Origin: Alphaproteobacteria bacterium
Lineage (GTDB): Bacteria; Pseudomonadota; Alphaproteobacteria; UBA6615
Direction of reading: 5' to 3'
Assembly (NCBI GenBank): GCA_038117045.1
Contig: JAYOFE010000015.1
Coordinates: 18,240-82,239, forward strand
Length of the DNA stretch: 64,000 bases
Below the pieces are notes generated by a model that was not told where the DNA came from, made no database searches, and saw nothing but the letters and a program-made list of their open reading frames with translations. Positions 59,240 to 64,000 of the stretch are shown piece by piece (position 1 is the stretch's first letter; the number at the start of each line of letters is the position of its first letter). The translations under genes and the position numbers were made by a program.

Positions 59240-60240
59240 GCGGCTTCGGCCTTCGTCGTGTCCTCGGCCAGCGCCGCAGCGGCACGCACCAGCGCCACTG
59301 CCTCACCCGGCGTGCCCGAGAAGCCCGGCGCGTTTTCCGAAAGGTAGCGCCGCCAGGCGCGCGCGCCCTTCACGCCGTTGAACAGGCCGAGGATATGGCG
59401 CGTCATGGCGATCAACGGTGCACCCGCCGCGACCTCGCGTTCGATATAGGGCAGGTAGTCCTCGACGATTCCGTGTCTGGATTTCACCGGCGCGCTCGCA
59501 TCGAAGAACATGCGATCCAGCGGTGCGAGCATGTAGGGGTCCTGATAGGCCGCGCGGCCGATCATCACGCCGTCCACATGGTGCAGGTGCTCTTCCGCGT
59601 CCTCCAGCGTCACGATGCCGCCGTTGATCGCGATTTCCAGCTCCGGGCGCTCGGCCTTCAGACGGTGGACCATGTCGTGGTGGAGAGGCGGCACTTCGCG
59701 GTTCTCACGTGGGCTCAGCCCGTCCAGCCAAGCCTTGCGGGCGTGCACGATGAAGTGTCCGCACCCCGCCGCCGCGACCGTATCGACGAAGCCGGTCAGC
59801 GTATCCCACTCGGGCATCTCGTCGATGGCGATGCGGTGCTTCACCGTGACCAGCACATCCACCGTGCCGCGCATGGCGGCGACGCACTCGGCCACGAGGT
59901 CGGGCTCCGCCATAAGGCAGGCACCGAAGCGGCCCGACTGCACCCGGTCGGACGGGCAGCCGCAATTCAGGTTGATCTCGTCATAGCCGAGGTCGGCGCC
60001 GATCTTCGCGCATTCGGCCAGCGCCTGAGGGTCCGAGCCACCGAGCTGCAGCGCCACGGGATGTTCCGCCGCATCGAAGGCCAATAGCCGGTCGCGCGGG
60101 CCGTGAATAATCGCCCCCGTTGTCACCATCTCCGTGTACAGGCGCGCGTGACGGCTGACGGTGCGCAGGAATGCCCGCTCATGGCGGTCCGTCCAGTCCA
60201 TCATCGGCGCGACAGAGATGGCTTTATCGAAGGTTTTCAA
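59236..60240 (-). CDS. dusA: tRNA-dihydrouridine(20/20a) synthase
   Basis: VAPMMDWTDRHER. GADLGYDEINLNCGCP. DusA-type TIM barrel. Confidence 0.85.
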   Translation of the reverse strand: MKTFDKAISVAPMMDWTDRHERAFLRTVSRHARLYTEMVTTGAIIHGPRDRLLAFDAAEHPVALQLGGSDPQALAECAKIGADLGYDEINLNCGCPSDRVQSGRFGACLMAEPDLVAECVAAMRGTVDVLVTVKHRIAIDEMPEWDTLTGFVDTVAAAGCGHFIVHARKAWLDGLSPRENREVPPLHHDMVHRLKAERPELEIAINGGIVTLEDAEEHLHHVDGVMIGRAAYQDPYMLAPLDRMFFDASAPVKSRHGIVEDYLPYIEREVAAGAPLIAMTRHILGLFNGVKGARAWRRYLSENAPGFSGTPGEAVALVRAAAALAEDTTKAEAA

Positions 60241-60276
60241 CGCTGTTTCCGGTTTGACGCGGCTTTCGACCCGTTC

Positions 60277-60825
60277 TTAGCGGGTGTCCGCATCCGCAAT
60301 CAACTCATCACGTGTGGCGAGTTCCCGGTACAGCGCTTCCCGCGTCACACCGAGAATCTGGGCAAGGTCCTGCCAGTGCCCTTTGGGTGGCAACCTGTTT
60401 CCACCGTCGAGCCACGCATTGAGGCGCTGTGCGACCGTGCGAAGTGTTCGGATTTCGGCGTTCGTCCGCGCACCTTGCAGGGCGTGCGCCAGCCGCGCGG
60501 TCCAGGCGCGCGCGAGCTTCGGGTCTTCATCGAGGCGCGCCAGGAAAGTCGGCAAAGGCACTGTCTCGACCCGCGACGCCGCCGTCGCCCCCCCGTCGCA
60601 ATGGTAAGCGCGGGAATAGGCCGAAGCTTCCGCAAGCACCTGTCCGTCGATCGCGCGCTGCAGGATCATTCGCGCGCCGTCCGGCGAATGGCGGATCAGG
60701 TTAACCTGACCTTCAATCACCCGGTTCATGGAGAGGACAGGGTCGCCCGTGCGGAACAGCGTTTCGCCCTTCGCGCAGGCAATGGAATCCGCACCGGAAA
60801 AAAGTGCTTCGACGACATCAGACAT
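60277..60825 (-). CDS. Crp/Fnr-family transcriptional regulator (cNMP-binding domain + C-terminal HTH)
   Basis: cNMP-binding beta-roll (GETLFRTGDPVLSMNRVIEGQVNL). C-terminal HTH (QDLAQILGVTREALYRELA). 182 aa. Confidence 0.6.
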   Translation of the reverse strand: MSDVVEALFSGADSIACAKGETLFRTGDPVLSMNRVIEGQVNLIRHSPDGARMILQRAIDGQVLAEASAYSRAYHCDGGATAASRVETVPLPTFLARLDEDPKLARAWTARLAHALQGARTNAEIRTLRTVAQRLNAWLDGGNRLPPKGHWQDLAQILGVTREALYRELATRDELIADADTR

Positions 60826-60898
60826 GATCTAAATCATATGTCAATTGGCGAACCCATGCCATCCATGAGGGTAAGGCAAACCATCGGACAGACCAGAC

Positions 60899-61549
60899 AT
60901 GAACCTTCACAATTCCCGACTCCAGCGCAGCATTCAGGCCGTCGGACTTGCCTCCGTGGTCGTCCTGTCTCTGAGCCTGCCTGCCGCCGCACAGATGGGA
61001 GGTCACGGACAGGGGCCACGCGATGGCCATGGTCCGGGTGAGGATTTTCGCCACCATGGTGCCGATGGCACCGGCCATGATGAGGTGAATATGCCAGGCC
61101 TGCGCGGGCTCGACGCGACGCCCGAGGAAAGCGCCGAACTCGCGACTATGTTCCGCAACTACCCGCAAATCTCCCGTGAGGTGACGAACCTGCCCAACGG
61201 AATCCGCACCGTCACATATTCCGCGAACGAGGAGGTCATGGCGGTGCTGGCGAGCCATGTGACCGGCATGATCGGGCGGGTCGAGGAAGGCCGTGACCCC
61301 AAGGTGTTCATTCAGAGCCCGACGCTGGACATCCTGTTCGAACGCCGGGACCGGATCGACACGGACATCGAGATGACTGACAAGGGGATCGTCGTGGTCC
61401 AGACCTCCGACGACCCCGAGGTCGTCGCGGCACTTCAGACCCACGCCGCCGAGGTGACCGACATGGCCGACCGGGGCATGGAGGCGGTCCACGAGATGAT
61501 GATGAAGCGCGAAGGCAACCGTCCAGGACCGGGCGGCCCGCAGCGGTAG
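60899..61549 (+). CDS. Secreted His/Gly-rich protein (hypothetical, possible periplasmic metal-binding)
   Basis: Signal peptide (VGLASVVVLSLSLPAAAQ). Then GGHGQGPRDGHGPGEDFRHHGADGTGHDE. The C-terminal domain has no family recognisable to me. Confidence 0.45.
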   Translation: MNLHNSRLQRSIQAVGLASVVVLSLSLPAAAQMGGHGQGPRDGHGPGEDFRHHGADGTGHDEVNMPGLRGLDATPEESAELATMFRNYPQISREVTNLPNGIRTVTYSANEEVMAVLASHVTGMIGRVEEGRDPKVFIQSPTLDILFERRDRIDTDIEMTDKGIVVVQTSDDPEVVAALQTHAAEVTDMADRGMEAVHEMMMKREGNRPGPGGPQR

Positions 61550-61553
61550 GCGG

Positions 61554-62186
61554 CTAGCCCCTCGCCTTCCGGCGGGTCTCCGTCGTCCAGACCCGGAGGT
61601 CGACCAGCACCTTCACGGTCGCGGCGACGACGACGGCGCAGAGCAGCGCCTTGGTGACCGGCTCCATCGTTCCCTCAATCAGCAGCGCGTGAATGACGCT
61701 GCCTATGACGGTGACGGCAGCCAGCGAGGTGTGCGCGAGACGCCAGAGCCACCATTGCAGGCGCAGGCGCTTGAGCAGGAGCGCGAGCAGCGCGGCCCCG
61801 AAAAGCGTCCACATGGCGATGGTGCCCCAGGCGGAGAACAGCGTCGGCGCGCGGAACAGCAGCGCGTCGACAGCGTCGGGAGGGCTGGTGATCCACAGGC
61901 CGACGACATGCACCACGACCGCCAGCACCAGCGTGACACCCACCATGCGGTGCGCGCGTTGGCGGATGCGGGTGGTCACATCGGGGATATAGCCGCCGGC
62001 CAGCAGCGGCTGGAACATCAGCAGCGTCATCGCCAGCACGCCGGCAAACCCTGCCACGATGTAGATGGGTCCCCGCCAGGCGAGATAAGGGCTGAATGCC
62101 GCAGCGCCGATCGGCACGGTGGCAGCGATCAGGATCACCGCCCAGATGATCGGCGGGGGTATCCGGCGCGTCACCCTACCGTCCAT
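61554..62186 (-). CDS. Ferric-reductase-like transmembrane heme protein (MsrQ/YedZ-like)
   Basis: 6 TM helices. Paired His in helices: RQRAHRMVG...HVVGLW and WRLAHTSL...HALLIEG, matching the PF01794 bis-heme ligation pattern. Confidence 0.5.
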   Translation of the reverse strand: MDGRVTRRIPPPIIWAVILIAATVPIGAAAFSPYLAWRGPIYIVAGFAGVLAMTLLMFQPLLAGGYIPDVTTRIRQRAHRMVGVTLVLAVVVHVVGLWITSPPDAVDALLFRAPTLFSAWGTIAMWTLFGAALLALLLKRLRLQWWLWRLAHTSLAAVTVIGSVIHALLIEGTMEPVTKALLCAVVVAATVKVLVDLRVWTTETRRKARG

Positions 62187-62191
62187 GAGGG

Positions 62192-62680
62192 TCAGGCGGG
62201 CTGGAGAACGAAGTCCGCGCGGAGGCTGGTGTCCTGGGCGCTATCCATCACCGGGCGCAGAAAGACGGTCTGGAAATCCCCGCTGTCATACGCGAGGTGG
62301 CCATGGGGCTGGCCGAAGACCGGCACGATCTGCGGCATCTCGAGACGGAATTCGCCGTTGGCGTCGGTCAGGGTCGCGCCGTGGCTGTGTGGATCGCGTT
62401 CGCGGCCTTCGGTGGTATGCGCCCAGATCTGGATACGCTGGCCGGGAAGCGGCGCACCGTCACCCGCGCGGCGCACGGTCCCGGTCATCCAGAACCCGCC
62501 GCCACCGATCCGTTCGACGATCGGCGCGCCCGGCCGATAGTTGTTGGCGCCGCCGCGCATCGTCGTCGTCGGCGCAAGGCCTTTTGCCTGCGCGGGCACC
62601 AGCAAACCGGACGCGCCGGTCACAAGCGCCGCCGCACCGGTCGCCAGAACGGTCCTGCGGGTCAGAATATGTGTGCTCAT
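62192..62680 (-). CDS. TAT-exported small beta-sandwich protein (intradiol-dioxygenase / carboxypeptidase-regulatory-like fold)
   Basis: Twin-arginine signal (RRTVLATGAAALVTG). GTVRRAGDGAPLPGQRIQIW...ATLTDANGEFRLEMP matches the CarboxypepD_reg / Dioxygenase_C transthyretin-like motif. Confidence 0.45.
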   Translation of the reverse strand: MSTHILTRRTVLATGAAALVTGASGLLVPAQAKGLAPTTTMRGGANNYRPGAPIVERIGGGGFWMTGTVRRAGDGAPLPGQRIQIWAHTTEGRERDPHSHGATLTDANGEFRLEMPQIVPVFGQPHGHLAYDSGDFQTVFLRPVMDSAQDTSLRADFVLQPA

Positions 62681-62811
62681 GTCGGCCCCTCAAATTACAG
62701 GCGGGTCTGCGCAGGAAGCGTGTAATTCCCGTATATTAGCAGATAAGGGACGACAGGCCCGGGCCAACGGGCTTCACACGATCGTGACCTGATGAACGCC
62801 GGAGGCCAGCC

Positions 62812-63843
62812 ATGCCACATACCATCGATACCCTGATCGAGAAGCTGCCCAAGGCCGAGCTGCACCTGCATATCGAGGGTACGCTGGAACCGGAGATGAT
62901 GCTGGCGCTGGCGCAACGCAACGGCGTCGAACTGCCCTACGACAACGTGGAGGAAATCCGCGCGGCCTATGAGTTCGACGGCCTGCAGGATTTCCTCGAC
63001 CTCTACTACGCGGGCATGTCGGTGCTGGTGACGGAGCGCGACTTCCGTGACCTGACCCGCGCCTATCTCGACCGGATGGCCGCGCAGGGCGTGACCCATG
63101 TGGAGATCTTCTTCGACCCGCAGGCCCATACGGACCGGGGGGTCGCCTTCGAGACGGTGCTGGACGGCATCACGGGCGCGCTGGACGACGGCGCGCGCGA
63201 ACTGGGGATCACCTCGAAGCTGATCATGTGTTTCCTGCGCCACCTGCCGGAAGACCAGGCCTTCGAGGCGCTGGAATGCGCCTGCCGCCACAAGGACCGG
63301 ATTTTCGCGGTGGGGCTCGATTCCGGTGAGGCGGGCAACCCGCCGGAGAACTTCGCCCGGGTCTATGCCGAGGCGCGCAAGGAAGGCTTCGTCGCCGTCG
63401 CCCATGCCGGCGAGGAAGGCCCGGCGGCCAATGTGCAGACCTCGCTGGACCTCCTGAAGGTCGCGCGGGTGGACCACGGCAACCATGCGCTGGACGACCC
63501 GGCGCTGACCGCGCGGCTGGCGCGGGAGAAGATGCCGTTGACCATGTGCCCGTTGTCGAACCTGCGCCTGAAGGGCATCGCCCGGCTGGAGGACCACCCG
63601 GTCAAGCGCGCGATGGAGGCCGGGCTGCTGGTGACCGTGAACTCCGATGACCCGTCCTATTTCGGCGGCTACATCAACGACAACTATTCCGCCGTCGCGA
63701 AGGCCGTCGGCCTAACGCCGGGCGAGATCGTGACACTGGCGAAGAATTCCTTCGCGGCGTCCTTCCTGCCGGACAATGAGAAGCAGGCCCGCATCGACGC
63801 GGTGGACGCCTATGTGCGTCCCTTCGAGCGGGATGCGGATTGA
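62812..63843 (+). CDS. add: Adenosine/adenine deaminase family protein
   Basis: LPKAELHLHIEG. SLDLL...VDHG. TVNSDDP metal-ligand motif. Confidence 0.85.
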   Translation: MPHTIDTLIEKLPKAELHLHIEGTLEPEMMLALAQRNGVELPYDNVEEIRAAYEFDGLQDFLDLYYAGMSVLVTERDFRDLTRAYLDRMAAQGVTHVEIFFDPQAHTDRGVAFETVLDGITGALDDGARELGITSKLIMCFLRHLPEDQAFEALECACRHKDRIFAVGLDSGEAGNPPENFARVYAEARKEGFVAVAHAGEEGPAANVQTSLDLLKVARVDHGNHALDDPALTARLAREKMPLTMCPLSNLRLKGIARLEDHPVKRAMEAGLLVTVNSDDPSYFGGYINDNYSAVAKAVGLTPGEIVTLAKNSFAASFLPDNEKQARIDAVDAYVRPFERDAD

Positions 63844-63876
63844 GGTCGCGCACCGCCTGACACCCCAAGACTCGTC

Positions 63877-63896
63877 ACCCCTGCGCAGGCAGGGGT
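63877..63896 (+). terminator. Possible terminator hairpin downstream of add
   Basis: ACCCCTGC-gcag-GCAGGGGT is an 8-bp perfect stem with a 4-nt loop, 34 nt after the add stop. No U-tract. Confidence 0.3.
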
Positions 63897-64000
63897 CCAT
63901 TAACTCAGGCGGTTGCCCTGGCACACATCGGTGATAAGGGACTCCCGCCTTCGCGGGAGTGACGAGCGAGGGTGAGGCGAAAGGTTTAAGTCCCTACAAC

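Noticed and set aside
60826-60850. Possible Crp/Fnr-type palindrome (TTGAC-ATAT-GATTT around a CATATG core) in the divergent promoter next to the Crp-like gene
   Set aside because: Only one half-site resembles TTGA(T/C). Symmetry does not extend beyond CATATG.
1-64000. Search for CRISPR arrays, tRNA/rRNA genes, transposases, integrases and phage genes
   Set aside because: No regularly spaced direct repeats, no tRNA-like GTTCGA/T-loop signatures in the intergenic regions examined, and no transposase/integrase-like ORFs. The window appears to be core chromosome apart from the two small accessory patches noted.

Overview
High-GC (~65%) proteobacterial chromosomal segment, almost certainly alphaproteobacterial (Caulobacterales/Hyphomonadaceae-like synteny), and densely packed with housekeeping genes. 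I saw no tRNA, rRNA, CRISPR array, transposase or integrase; intergenic regions were scanned by eye only. The ORF track translates GTG/TTG starts as M and extends every ORF to its furthest upstream start, so many true starts lie downstream of the listed coordinates. Most long 'antisense' ORFs in the track are GC-rich artefacts.

Gene order along the window:
- DUF2937-like (partial)
- Sel1/coiled-coil secreted protein
- VOC family protein
- alpha/beta hydrolase
- aspS, rnd, ppx, ppk
- hdaA, DUF2066, purM, purN
- unlisted 41-aa COX-IV-like ORF
- ndk, holC, pepA
- lptF, lptG, lptD, surA, rsmA (ksgA)
- two tandem orphan histidine kinases
- gmk, yicC
- [SDR, SDR, cbtA, cbtB, cobalamin riboswitch]
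- mltG, fabF, acpP, fabG, fabD
- rpsF, rpsR, DUF2232-like membrane protein, rplI
- cfa, yaiI, qor
- dnaB, alr, mlaE-like, mlaF-like, radA, cvpA, purF, SDR
- der, bamB, yfgM-like
- lipoprotein, DUF2794, FlaG-like small ORF
- DUF1343 (NamZ-like), nagA, BadF-type sugar kinase, murQ, FemAB-like acyltransferase
- dusA
- Crp-like regulator, His-rich periplasmic protein, ferric-reductase-like membrane protein, TAT-exported beta-sandwich protein
- add (adenosine deaminase)

Candidates most worth follow-up:
1. A MurNAc/amino-sugar salvage cluster that carries a DUF1343 NamZ-like hydrolase and a FemAB-like acyltransferase.
2. A Crp-regulated periplasmic module: His-rich protein, MsrQ-like heme membrane protein and a TAT beta-sandwich protein, with no MsrP partner.
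3. A cobalamin-riboswitch-controlled cbtBA transporter plus two SDRs, inserted into the otherwise conserved fab-mltG-yicC-gmk array.
4. A pair of orphan histidine kinases sitting on a ~1 kb low-GC patch, with a TTG start and a truncated PAS N-cap.
5. A 70-bp AT-rich tract with a weak terminator-like hairpin upstream of a FlaG-like small ORF.
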